From Marsupella aquatica (taxonomy: Eukaryota; Plantae; Marchantiophyta): a stretch of DNA of 64,000 nucleotides. The first letter of the stretch is position 1; each line of letters begins with the position of its first letter. The position numbers and the translations under genes are program-made. Shown here piece after piece: positions 36,501 to 48,224 of this stretch. A model generated the notes under the pieces. That model searched no databases. It saw only the letters and a program-made list of their open reading frames with translations, and was not told the DNA's origin. The stretch is taken from NCBI GenBank assembly GCA_973895155.1, contig OZ316897.1, positions 10,129,832-10,193,831 on the forward strand, written 5' to 3'.

Positions 36501-38204
36501 ATTAGTTTGCCGCGTGAGCATGCAATGCATGGAGTGCTAGCTGGAATGTGGTGTATGTTAGTTGGAATGCCTCGTGAGTTCTTAATAATTTTTCTTAGCA
36601 TGGATTGACCGGGGTGGCCAAGGCGTGCATGCCAAAGCGCGGGCAATTCACTTGGTTGTGCATTATTATGCAAACATTCAATTTGAGTTACGTAAAACCC
36701 GCATGGGTACGAGAAAAGAGTCTCTTTAATGATTTTCCCCATAGGGGTATTTTCAACCAAATGGATTACTTCTTGGTCTTTTGTATCGCCTGTGTGGACG
36801 TGTAGTCCATTTGCTCGTATATCCCTAAAGCTTAGAAGATTACGGGTTGCATTTGGGGCAAAGATAGTTGATTCTATCTGGATTTCTGTACCCTGTGGAA
36901 GTCGAATAGAAGCTGGGCCGAAGCCCTCTTCTATCTGGCTTGGACCATTGATAGTGGTCAGTAATCTACTTGAAGGTGTGATCTTGTGGAAAAGAGTTCT
37001 ATCCTGAAGGATAGTATGAGTAGTCGCACTATCAATAATGCATGTGCTGGGACTATTTAGGTTTGGGGTTGTGGAGCTACTCACCACTAAATGTGCCTCG
37101 GGTTGCTCAGGTGTGTCTGAAAAATCTTGAAATAAGTCTCTGGATTCCATAAACGCCCCGTGGGTCTCACGAGGTGGTGCCCTTGGGTTTTGGCCATCTT
37201 TTAGAGATTGTTGGTATAAATCTCTAAGATACTGTGGAATCCTATAGTTGCGGGCCAGATGGTTGATCATGCCACATTCGTGGCATCTTGGTCGTTCTCG
37301 TTGTGGTCGAGGTTGAGGCCAATCACTTTTGTGGTCATTTTGGTATCTCCTTCCACCTCATCCGTGTCCACGATCGCGTGTGAAATTGTTGCAAAAACTC
37401 TATTGTTGTGGGTGCCCGTTTGGGCGACCTCTAAAGGCCCGTCGAAAGGCACCGCATTGCTGGTGTTGGTTGAAGAAACTTCCCCTATTGAGGTGTTTCT
37501 CCTATTACCATTCTTGGCGCGCTTGTCATCCTGCCTTGATGTGGAGGGTCCAGCGTGGTCGATGTGATGGGTTTCTCTCTCTAGTCCTGGGGGTAGTGTG
37601 CCCGCAGGACGTTTCCTAGAGTTAACTAAAAGGAGCTCTTGGTTCCTTTCTGTTACTAGGAGGTGGGCGATGAATTCTGAGTATTGTCCGAACTTCATGT
37701 TCCGGTACTTGGTTGATAGTAGCACGTTAAAGAGTGGAATGTGGACAAGGTTTTTTCTAGCAAGTCCTTGTCTGCGGCTGGCTTGCCACAAAATGCAAGG
37801 GTTGAGGTGATTCTGAATAGCTCACTATTGTAGGTTGAAATGGATGTAAAATCCTGGACCCGTAAGTTTAGCCATTCTTGGCGGGCTCTAGGTAGTTCGA
37901 CCAATTTCTGGTGGTTGAATCGAGTCTTAAGCGTTGTCCATAGCTCGCGAGGGGTGGTGAGATGCATGTACTGTCTCTGTATGAACCTATGGATATGGCG
38001 TCTAAGAAATACTAGGGTCTTTGATTCATTGGCCTTGGTTAGAAGATCTGGTTGAGGTTCGTCTGCTAGTATGGGTTGAGTTATCCCTATAGCTGGGAGT
38101 AGGATTAAAGAGGTCAGGTTCTCCTTGAGGTTCATAGACCACTCGAGGTAATTGTTATCATCGATTTCTAAGGCTGGGAAAGTCAATTTCTCCAGGTTGG
38201 CCAT
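33543..38204 (-). pseudogene. gag-pol: copia gag-pol polyprotein with several stops and frameshifts
   Basis: Knuckle CHECGMINHLARN, protease IIDSATTH, GAG-pre-integrase LWHARLGH, integrase RVDNAGEF/QNGLAE, RT KARLV/ALYGLKQSGR/IYVDN, RNase H FEDKAACI/ADLFTKSL. Confidence 0.95.
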
Positions 38205-39460
38205 CTAGGGATGCTATGTCTCTAGCTTTCTAAGTTCCTTTTAATGGTAATTGAGGCTTATGTACTAGTACGTATAGTAAAAGTCGACAAAACACATTTA
38301 TGCGGCATGCAGGGTAGGTCTGGGTGAAGAGGGCATGCAAATCTGAAATTCAATTTTAGGTTTTTCACTTAGGATTTAGGTTTTCCTTGTTATTTGGTTA
38401 ACTACAATGTTTCCTCTATATTTGCTCTTTTCTTTGTTAATCAATTTATCGATGTTTTGCCGTTCATTTTTGCTCGTTTTCTCCTCCCACGGTCGGCTGC
38501 CCTTGTTCGTTGCTTTGTTCTCCTAGTGCACTTGGGCCTTCAATTCCGCTTTAGGTCTCTTGTCTCCCCGATTCTCCTCCCTGCTGCGATGTTTTCTCTT
38601 TGGGTTCCTCCTATTCAATCTCGGTGCTTCGTTCTTGGGTTCCAGGCTCTTCTAGAATTTCTAGGATCGTGGGCTCCAGGCTCGTGCTTCTTCAATTTCT
38701 GAGGTTGCCTTTTGTTTCAGCCTGGCTCTTCTTTTATTGCTGATTGTTGCCTCCTTCTATTGTCCTTATGGTTGCTCTCGAGGCCTCACAGTTTCCTATG
38801 GGCGCTGTTACTCATTCTTCGTGTCCTTTCAAATCTCCTCTTGCTGCCTGGGTTTCGTGGCTGCGATTGCTGGCTATCCAATTGGCAATTTTGCTTCCAT
38901 TCTTTCTCGATCCTCCATTGAAGGCTGGGTGAAGGATTGCTGTTGCCCAGATACTGTTGTGTTTCAATCAGGGGCTGTCACTAGATCCCGGGAGGCAGAT
39001 TTTGGTTTCTTCTCAGGTTCTGTGTTATGGGAATTGGGGCTGATTCTTTTATCAATTTGCTATTTCTATCTCCTTGTCAATGTTTCATGTCTCTCTCGCG
39101 CCTGTCCTTTCTCTATGAGGTTTCCTCTTCTTAATCCTTGGAACTTTCAATTCTTTTGGTTTCTTCAATTGCTCTCGTTGCTGCATTCTTCAATCTCTCT
39201 AGGACTTTTCAATTGGCATTGGGCGCCTGCAGGGTCCTTTTGGGTTTCTCTTCGAATCCTACTTTGTTCAATCCTCAATTTTTGATGCTCTCCTTATCAA
39301 TTTATTTCTCAGCATGTGGCTCCTCATTGTGTTCTCGATCCGTTTTGATCCAAAGCAGTTGAATGTTCCTTATGGTCTCTTTTTCTATTCAATGCTTTCT
39401 TTCAATCTCCATAGCCCTTCGAAAAGAATTCATGGCCTCCTTGCTCAGCCACGGAGAGGC

Positions 39461-39474
39461 TCATGCTGATAACG
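39461..39474 (-). promoter_or_regulatory. Primer-binding site, half-tRNA-Ile type
   Basis: CGTTATCAGCATGA directly after the 5' LTR. Confidence 0.8.
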
Positions 39475-39579
39475 TGTGATAGGATAATGAATAGTAACCA
39501 TGTATAAAATGAGTAGGGTCATGGTACATATAGGTGTGTCGGGTGACCGGTTGGTCCGGTCAATGGGTAGAGTCTAACA
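39475..39579 (-). repeat. 5' LTR (105 bp)
   Basis: TG...CA; adjacent PBS and TSD. Confidence 0.97.
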
Positions 39580-40313
39580 ATCATGAATACAAATTCTATT
39601 CATGAATTAATGTTAACAAAGAAGTGACAATTCAACATTTGTTTTCCTGATTGATGGCATTTTTCACTTGATCAATTCAAGAAAATTTGGGAAGTGGATA
39701 GTTCATTTTAGGTGAAAGAACATATCTGAAGTGTGAAAATGGATGGGTGTCAAGTGGTTGAATGCTGAGAAGATTTTGTGGGAATGGAACATTGAACTAA
39801 AGAAAGATAGACATCAAAAGGAGGTTGGAGCAATAAGCTCAAAGAAATTTAAAATAAACTTTTGTCTTGATTATTTTGGGAAGAGGGAAACACGTACATT
39901 CAAAAGAGGATGAGACTTTGCCCAACCTCCATTGAAAATATCATTGATGATTGGAAGTCAGGATTGTGCTTGGCTTGTATGTGACAAGATTTGCAAACTT
40001 TGAGCTCTAGATAGAATGAGTGTCCAGTAGAGCTTATGTAAATTCAAACTTCAAAATTTCTTTCCAATAAAGAATAAAATTTGAGCTTATTCTATTGATG
40101 AAAGTTTTATTGGAATGCAAGGGTTGATAAATTATGCATTTAAGAAGTTTAGCAATGCATGGATTACTACTAAAACTTATGATTGAAATTTTAATTGGTT
40201 TTGTTAATAGACTAGGAAAGAGTAACATAATTTATAAAACTAAAGGTGAATGAACAAGTCTAAAAAATAGACAATTATCTACTCACCACATCAACAAGTT
40301 TCTCAGACAATGT

Positions 40314-40778
40314 TGTCATGTGGACTTAAAGTAGAGGTTTGCTCGAGGAAGCTACTCGCTTCTCGTTGCAATTGAGATGAATGACAAACGCTTTCTGGAG
40401 CTCACACTTCCTCTCTTTTATTTTTAATTAAATTCTCAATCAGATTACAACAGTTGCCCTTGGATCAGCCACTTGTGAGAGTGTGGAGCTGTTGGTCCCT
40501 ACGTTGGGCGGGATGTTGGGCGGGATGTTGGGCTGCTACCTCTGAGCTCTCTCATCAATATTGAACCTCTCAAGTAGCTAGTCTTGGTTCTAAAACTACT
40601 CAAAACACCCACCTCCTAAAGCTCACACTCACAATTTCCAATCCTTCTCAAAGCTCACACTCAATCACCAATCTTCTTCTAAGCTCACTAGCTTCCACTC
40701 AACTAGAAAGCTATCTCCAAGCATCAACCTCACAATCGATAACAACAAAATCAGTCCTCAAAAGTGGGGGTTTTAACA
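40314..40778. mobile_element. Probable solo LTR (465 bp)
   Basis: TGTCATG...GGGGGTTTTAACA flanked by 4-bp ATGT (40310-13, 40779-82). Internal short repeats (gttgggcgggat; aagctcacact x3). Confidence 0.55.
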
Positions 40779-41677
40779 ATGTTAGTAAAAAGGGAAAAGG
40801 AAAAATGTATATTGCTAGAGAGGGAAGATCCTTAGCAAAGTATGACCTAAGATTTTACATCAATTATGTTTGGGAGTAAACTAGAAACCTTGTATTTCAA
40901 TATATTCTAACAATGATAGCAAAATTTGCTAGCAACAATTGTAATCTAATGTAAAAAACCCAATCAATTATATGCAAAGAAGAATCCAAATCATTTTATA
41001 ATTGAGTTTAGTTGAGAATAAGCAAATAATATTTTTTCCATCAACAAATACATAAAAATCATCGATTATCTTCATAAGTCATTTTATCCACACAAAACAT
41101 CAAATATTATAAAGATATCGACTCTCCTCAAAAATCATCTAATCTAGAATGAACATCAATGAAACTCTCAGAAACCTGAATTCTCTATGCTTTCGTGGCT
41201 ACTAGATACTTCACTACTCTCGGATCTCAATGTCCACTCAGCCTCCTCATCTACAAATCTTGAGGCAAGTGTGACCTCATTATCACTCAAAGGATGTCTT
41301 AAAAACTTTCTATTAGATCCCCTCAATAGTCGACACCCCTTCATTTCCCAAGTCATAATCAGACTATTGTTGACATCCTTAAAACCCTTCTGTATATACT
41401 CAAGGACGTCTCAAGGCTTCTTAGGAGTATCAAGCAACGCCGCCTTAATCCTACAACGTAGTTTGAAACGTTCCTCTTGCTTCCATTCTAAACTCCCTTC
41501 CTTGTGAGAATTAGGCAAGCTTCAGTACAGGCTCAGATCTAGGAATTTTTTGTTCTTCAATAAAGTCTATAAATAGCAAAGACAGAGATTCAATGACAAA
41601 GCTTATGATCATTACTAAGAATCTTCCTTTGAAGGGGATGGAGTCCAGAGATCATCATCACCAAGAATCACATACAG

Positions 41678-42830
41678 TGTCATTGGGTCGGATACTGGAG
41701 TAGAGGAAGAGAATACCTTTTTTCTGAATTGTAAATGCTTGATGGTGGTTTGCGTTTTGAGAGGGGTTTAAGTTGAAGAAGAAAGGAGCAATAAAACAAA
41801 AGAGGGATGAATGTATTTTTAAGGACTTTGAAAGGCTTTTGTGGCATGTTTTCCTGTTTTGACACATGGCAGCTTGGAAGAATTCAAATTTCATAAGGAC
41901 ATGGCATTTGAGGGGCAAGGAAGTTAGAGATGACTTTGGGGACTTGTGGAAGGGCAGCGGGGTTGATTTTTTTGTGTGGAGGATTGAATCATGAACGGCA
42001 AGGAGCGATGGGCGATAGTAGAGGAAGAAGAATTTGAACAGAAGGGATGATAAATGCTTGAGGATCCTTGGGGATGAAAGAAAAAGCTTAAGGCAGAATA
42101 AATGAGAAAGGATCGCGAGTTGTCATGGAATTTTTGGAAGCAGATCAGAAGCTATGGAAAGGAGGCAAAGGATCGGATGGAAAAGAGGCAAAGGATTGGC
42201 TGAAAAGAGCGAAGGGCAAAGGTAGTGAAAAAGAGGATTCAGACAAATTGAGAAAAAGAAAATCTCAAGGTCGCCATTGTATTGTCGGAGAAAACCCAAG
42301 GGAAAAACAGGAGTTGTAAATTGGAGGGCTATGGTGATAAGAAGACCAGGGGAGTGCTTGATAGAAAAGGACGTGAGTGCTTGGCAGGAGGGAAAATGAG
42401 TGCCAATGAGCGTTAGTGCTTAAGGGCAAAGAGAATTCATGTGCGAATATAGAGAAGAAGTGCTAGAAGCGGAAGTCAAGGGGTGATGAGGATTTTTGGC
42501 TCAAATGGAAGGATGAAGGGAAAAATACAAAGCGCATTGTTGAGATTCAGGGAAAAGATGAGGAGGCGACGAGTTTTGTTTGGAGGAAAGCTATGGTGTG
42601 TTTTAGAGAGGAAACCTGAGGCCTAAGCTTTTGTGTGTGTGAGATTGAGGTTAACAAGAGCTTGAGTTATGAAGGGATTGGGAAGCACTTCCCAGAGAAG
42701 TCAAAAACAGGAAAGGGAGAGTTCGTTGGATAAAACTGAAACAAGCTTTGAGGTGAATAAGGATTGAAACAAAAGAGGAAGAATAGACTGAACTCTGGAG
42801 TTGAAGAAAATGGAGAAGAAATTCTGTGAC
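41678..42830 (+). mobile_element. Truncated copy D of the long solo-LTR family (opposite orientation)
   Basis: Starts TGTCATTGGG and aligns with the reverse complement of the copy C/B ends (ggtggtttg..gagagggg; gacacatggc..ttcaaatttcataaggaca). Right end approximate. Confidence 0.75.
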
Positions 42831-42849
42831 AACGAGCTCAGGGGATATA

Positions 42850-43700
42850 ACTTCCGATATAACCTCCAGCATCTGGTCATATTCTCCAGTGTGGAGAATC
42901 GCTAGAAGGCCGTCATCAGCAATAAAAGGGTCCATTGCACTAAAAAACGCCCTTGAAAGAGAGTGGTCAGGCTCGTTCCATTCTGGTACTTTTTTGTCAA
43001 GTAGAGTTGGCCTCAATCCTGTTGGCAAATATAAAAATCCAGCATAGACACCAAATGTTCTTAAACCTCCTTGAACTACCCCCCTTTGACAAGACCCGGC
43101 CTTCACAAGATTTTTCCTCCAAGACTCCACTTGGCCAACCCACAATGGCTTCTCTGCTCGCTTGAACACACTTAAAACTCTGCCAAGCTCAACTCCACCA
43201 GAGTGTTTAAATTTATTTCCCTTGAAGTCTCCCACGTTCTGTTGAAGTCCATCGGCAGCAATAGTTTCCCTTAATGAACCACCCAAATTAAAAATGCAAT
43301 GTTTCTTCTTCTTCCGCGCGCTCGCTGCGTCGACTGGAGGAGCACAGTTAAGAGCATCTAGTGTTCCCGATCCTTCGGGCACCTCCTCGTCTCTTCCACC
43401 ATTGACATCTTGAGATGGCTCGGGTGTTGCATTCCCCGGATTCCCTGAGACCAACCCCGCATATGATTTTCAAGACCCTACAAGCGAAAAAAGACTGGTT
43501 AATAATAGCACCCGACGCTAGCCAAATTTAAAATGCATAGATATTCCAAATAGAAACAGTCTAGAATCTGGACTCACTCTTTTTGGTCTCTTTCTGAGAT
43601 CCTGATGGGGTTGTTTCCTATTTGGCTTTTGCTCTGGGTTTCTGATTACTTGCGACTTGAATGAATTGTGTCTCGCAAATGCTCTGCAGTTCTATAGCTG
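42850..43700 (-). pseudogene. Multi-exon gene remnant truncated by copy D; possible amino-methyltransferase-like segment
   Basis: Donor GTGAGT ~43578, acceptor ttgtag ~43478, and a ~200-aa open frame containing VYAGFLYLPTG..VPEWNE..FIADDGLLAILH. Confidence 0.4.
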
Positions 43701-45470
43701 ACAGATCAATCTGAGTATCAATCCCTTGCTTCATTTCCGACAAAATGTTTCTTGGATCATCATAAGATTTTGCCTGATGTGAGGAAAATTATTTCTAGTA
43801 ACAGGAAATTGTTTGCTGTTTCCTGTCATGGTGTAAATCCTCAGTTTTTAATTTCAAAATTTGAATCCCTTTGAAACAATTTAGACCCTTTTCCATTCCT
43901 TGTACAGTCTAACGCTATAGCCACAATTCTACATACTAGTGATAACAAACATCTCTATTGAAAAATGGCCTTTCATCTTGCTGTCTAGGAAGGGAGGCTT
44001 GGACCACCAGAATTTTGCATGCTTTGCAACTCAGGATAACCAGTACAGGTTCATTGGCTGGGAATACAACGGGACGTGTGTTCACTTATATTCCAATTAT
44101 TGAAATCACCAGAACCTACCCATTCAGACTTCTTCAAAACAGAAGAAGCTTTTTGTGCAGCAATTTCGAACCTGTCTATGGTCCCTTCAGTACTAACAAT
44201 TTTGGACAGCATTGCTGTGGTTTTTCAGTGTAATCATTCCTGTGGTTTTTAATTTGCCATGTTCCATTGTATAAGTTTCGGTTTAAGCATTCACCAAATT
44301 TCGCGGCATCCTCCTGTCCAGATACCAATGTGTATGCTGGCAAAACTTGCTTAAAATCCCGGGTGACCAGATGATTTTACACGGAGAAACGTCAATCTGT
44401 GAGTAGCCTGGACCCTAAAACAACACCGCCACCATTATCCAGACTCACAAACAACATTCAACATCCATCCCCCCAAGTCCTCCTACGTTGGGAACAAAAT
44501 TGAAAATATAGCAGCAACTGCAGGTAGAAATCGAAGAACAAAGCTCCAATTTCTTGTCCTTGTGGCCCCATGATCAATATAATGGACTGGAGTTGCAGTA
44601 TTCACATGCGCAGAGGATCACTTTTGATTCGCTTATAAGACCACGGATGCCCGTTAGGTCCAAAACATCCTTGGTTGCAAGAACGAAAGACCATTCAATT
44701 GTTTTTTAACTCTCGAATTCAAGTACTTCCTTCTCTTCACATGCACAACAAACCCCAGATATCAGACAATTCCGTCGAAAGTGTTGCTTCTCTCTCAGAT
44801 AGGTCTGGGTCGTGTTGATGCAATTGTGCATACTACAGATTCCTGTTTGACAAGGAACTCTCATGGGTCCCGAAGACCGGGAAGGAAAGCTGCACCAGAA
44901 GACAGGTGGCTGAAATGATTTCAGCCAAAAAGCTAAACTTGCATTTTGGATGCGCATTGCAAGTTGAAAGCCTTTAAATACCTCCGGGATGACAAAAAAA
45001 CTATGAGATTTTAGCTCTTTCCATTCGCTAATGAATCCCCTCTCAGAACTCCATGATATGCGTTTCGTGTTACAGTTTAGTAGTTACAGCGATATCCTTC
45101 CCACCGTCCTGTCTAAGTTCGTACTGTGAAATTGTCAATGACCGGACGATCTTTCTTTGTGACTGGAGTATTTCTCCCCTTGGCTGTACTATGACCATTA
45201 TCATGCCTGGCGCACCGGGTGGTTCACTAAATAGGCAAAGAGGTCGATCCTAATCCAGCTTAAGTCTTCTCAGCACAGAACTGTAATCTGCTAAAAGTTC
45301 TCAACATGTTGATGCTCGATTTGTGAGTCCAGTTATCATCACCTAAGAAAGAGTGTGATGCCTTGATAACTCCACATCAATTGATAAAATCGAAGCTTCG
45401 AACTTGTCTTCCCTGTCAGCAAGGCACCGTCCACAATACCATTCGCTTCCTGAAATTTGTCTCTGTCCGC

Positions 45471-47066
45471 TCACAAAATGTCAAACCCGCTTTCAAGTTC
45501 GACCCTTACACGTCCTCTAGAGGATGTACCGAGAGAGACTGCTGGGTAGTAAACTTCACTCGGAAGATTGTCCCAACAGATACCAAAATCATTATCATCG
45601 ATCGAGAGAGAACAATTGTGCTCTGATGCATCATAACTGAAATTTACTGGCACCTTCCACCTATTAAAAGAAGGAAGAAGCACCCTCCATTCGATGCGTC
45701 CACAAGTTCCTTGCGCACTAACACTCACCTCATCCCCATGAAACCTTAGCACCCTTGCGTTATATTGATCAGATAATCCCTCCCCGTCAAGCTTGGGCTT
45801 TTTGCTCGGATAGTGCATAAATCCCATCTCAGCAAACCCATTGCAACGTTTTTCAAGGATGAAACGCCACTGATGGATACCATACGAGCGCGACATTGCG
45901 GCTGTCATCACTGCTAACCCAATTCCATCTTGAGTTTTTTGGAGTACTTCCCCATCCTCGAGGGTACAGTACGATTCGCCATGCTCCCAGCCCCAGACTT
46001 CTTCCTGGAAAACCATGGGTCTTCGAAGGGCATGAAACCGAAAGGAATTAAGTATCTCTACGGCAGAAACAACTCCCAATGGCTCCACCACCTGCGCAAG
46101 CAATGCAGCATGAATCGACCGAAAGTCAATATTTGTCATCAATCGCATCACAGAGTTCCAAGACGCTTCTTTGTCCACCCGCCAGCTTTCGAAGTCATCT
46201 GTAAGGCGTGTAGACGCTTCCGTAACGTTCTCAAATTTGTCTGGATTTCTACAGAGAGTCAAGGCTTCTTTCTCATCCGGTGCAAGGAGCGACAGAAGTT
46301 CCTCTGTTGCACGGGATCCAAAATCACTTTGATAAACCCACCATCGCATCACTTGTCTGAAACGAAGGTATTCCTTGAATGAGAGCTTGCCATCATCTTT
46401 ACAATTCCCCCGGCTGTTCTTTAAAAGGTAGTCAAATGCATCCGCAGAGAGGCAGTTGACGTACATTGTGTCCGACCACTTTGAGCTCAGAATTGTGACC
46501 AATTCCCTCAGGTTCGCATCAGCCTTGTCAAACAGGGCGGCAAATGCAACGGCCTCTGTCAACATACCGGCAGCCTTTGGCAAGTTCTCAACTACGGCCG
46601 ACGTTAGACTGTGCATGAATTTCCTCGTAATCATCTCCAAGTTGGGGAGGAGGAAGAACCTCGAAGCAATTATCACTTGACAAGCGATCCCCCAACCTTG
46701 AGGTTTATGATCACACAGAGTTCCTGTGTAGAGAAACTCGAAAACGGCAAGAAGCACTGGTGAGGAAATTGCAGGCATTTCAATCTCGGAGAGACTAGAC
46801 TCTGCCATACCATTCATCAACATGCTCTTCAACACTTTCGACCTGCCTGCCAGTAGCATCCGTGATGCTCGCACTCGTTTCCCATCGTTACAGAGGAACA
46901 CCACGTCGCTAAAAGCAGGTTCGTTCACCATCTGTCGTAGGTTGAGCAGCAGTTCTGAAGAGGCCTGAACCTGTGCCCCATCTGCACACTTCACAATGTC
47001 GGACACCTCTGCTAAAGCTGAATCCGTCTCCTGTCCAGCTGGAACGACCTCCATGCCCGCCTCCAT
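45471..47066 (-). CDS. BTB/POZ domain protein with BACK-like helical region and C-terminal SPRY/ConA-like domain (531 aa, intronless CDS)
   Basis: Intact ORF. BTB motifs FSDVVFLC..VRASRMLLAGRSKVLKSML.NGMAES..VFEFLYTG. SPRY-like GIHQWRF..EMGF..YYPAVSL. Confidence 0.9.
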   Translation of the reverse strand: MEAGMEVVPAGQETDSALAEVSDIVKCADGAQVQASSELLLNLRQMVNEPAFSDVVFLCNDGKRVRASRMLLAGRSKVLKSMLMNGMAESSLSEIEMPAISSPVLLAVFEFLYTGTLCDHKPQGWGIACQVIIASRFFLLPNLEMITRKFMHSLTSAVVENLPKAAGMLTEAVAFAALFDKADANLRELVTILSSKWSDTMYVNCLSADAFDYLLKNSRGNCKDDGKLSFKEYLRFRQVMRWWVYQSDFGSRATEELLSLLAPDEKEALTLCRNPDKFENVTEASTRLTDDFESWRVDKEASWNSVMRLMTNIDFRSIHAALLAQVVEPLGVVSAVEILNSFRFHALRRPMVFQEEVWGWEHGESYCTLEDGEVLQKTQDGIGLAVMTAAMSRSYGIHQWRFILEKRCNGFAEMGFMHYPSKKPKLDGEGLSDQYNARVLRFHGDEVSVSAQGTCGRIEWRVLLPSFNRWKVPVNFSYDASEHNCSLSIDDNDFGICWDNLPSEVYYPAVSLGTSSRGRVRVELESGFDIL

Positions 47067-47993
47067 GATATCTGCCCAATTAGTCCAAATCCCGTGGAGC
47101 TGTTACTCACCTCTCTCACAAACACATTTGCAAGGAGAGATCGACGACCAAACCTCAGGTCCAAGAGACAAAAACAAAGCTTCTTCACAAAAAAGTAACA
47201 TCAAGCTATTGCAGGGTGAGTCAAATATTCCACGTCAATGCTCCTGCTCAAAGATGGGCAGACATGTAATTTCTACTCATTGGTGGTGTGTGAAGATGAA
47301 GAAATTCTCAGACGATGGGTGCGAGGTGCAGACGCAGAAGGTGAAGCTTAAATTGGCGAGTTGGTCAGCGTTTATCAACAGATACGGTAGCTTCCTGGAT
47401 AGCTAAAATAAGGTCTCCATATGGAAAGCGAAATAAGGGAGAAGGACCTATGAGCCCTCCGTTACTCTTTCGCGTGAGAACTCAGTCCCAATTGCAAAAT
47501 GTTGGAGCCTACCGTACCAGCAGCAAAGGTCATACCCCAGCGAAAGCAATCAGCCAAAATCGAACAACCGTCCGATGAGATTGTCCAGATAGTCTAGAAG
47601 CAAGAGCTCTGGAAGTAACGAAGTTGTACTGTAAGCTGCTGCAAGTTGGAATTCATCGCCACAATAGCAGGAGACAATCCCTTTCCATTCTGCTCTTCAA
47701 AACGGAAGCACCGATGAGTTGAGCGGGAATCAACCACGGGTCTGCAAAGTTCACCATGCGCACAAGTTCATTGCAAGCTCCAACTAATGGATGAGAGAAG
47801 GTAATGAAAGCGGCTAATTCAATCGATCGGTTCTCTGCGCCACCAAAGGGCTGGAGAGATCATTGTCTTGCTGCGCCGACAAATTTCCAACGACAATTTA
47901 CAAAAGCGAGCTCAATAGAGAGGCAAAGTACTGTATCATTTATTACAGACGAACGTCAAGATCGGGGCTAATCAATGAGAATCGTGAATCAAA

Positions 47994-48120
47994 GTATCAG
48001 TCCCCATCAACACGCCCTCTTGGAATTGATTATGCCAGTACCGTACCGAGAATCGAAGTACTGTATCAGTCCCCAACTCCCCATCAAGCCCTCTTGGAAT
48101 TGATTATGCCAGTACCGTAC
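47994..48120. repeat. Short direct duplication (2 x ~55 bp)
   Basis: tatcagtcccca...gccctcttggaattgattatgccagtaccgtac occurs twice. Confidence 0.85.
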
Positions 48121-48224
48121 ATCAGTAGTAGGATTGTGGCAGTGAAAGAGGGGGATCCGGGGATAAGGAAGGTGTTACAGGAATTTTTTTGATAGCGAGG
48201 AGAATGCATTTGGGGGCCTTCACA

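Larger units (their letters stand above)
33137..39579 (-). mobile_element. Full-length Ty1/copia LTR retrotransposon, Bianca-like, disabled
   Basis: 105-bp LTRs with 2 mismatches, ATCAT TSD (33132-36, 39580-84), PBS, PPT, and gag-PR-INT-RT-RH domain order. Confidence 0.97.

Noticed and set aside
37259-37290. Programmed gag/pol frameshift or stop-start in the copia element
   Set aside because: The zinc knuckle CHECGMINHLARN reads through in the pol frame, so the breaks are decay mutations.
47072-47110. 39-nt 5'-UTR intron of the BTB gene (GTGAGT...CTAAT...CAG)
   Set aside because: Too short for a typical plant intron. The acceptor may be real with a more distant donor, but this needs transcripts.
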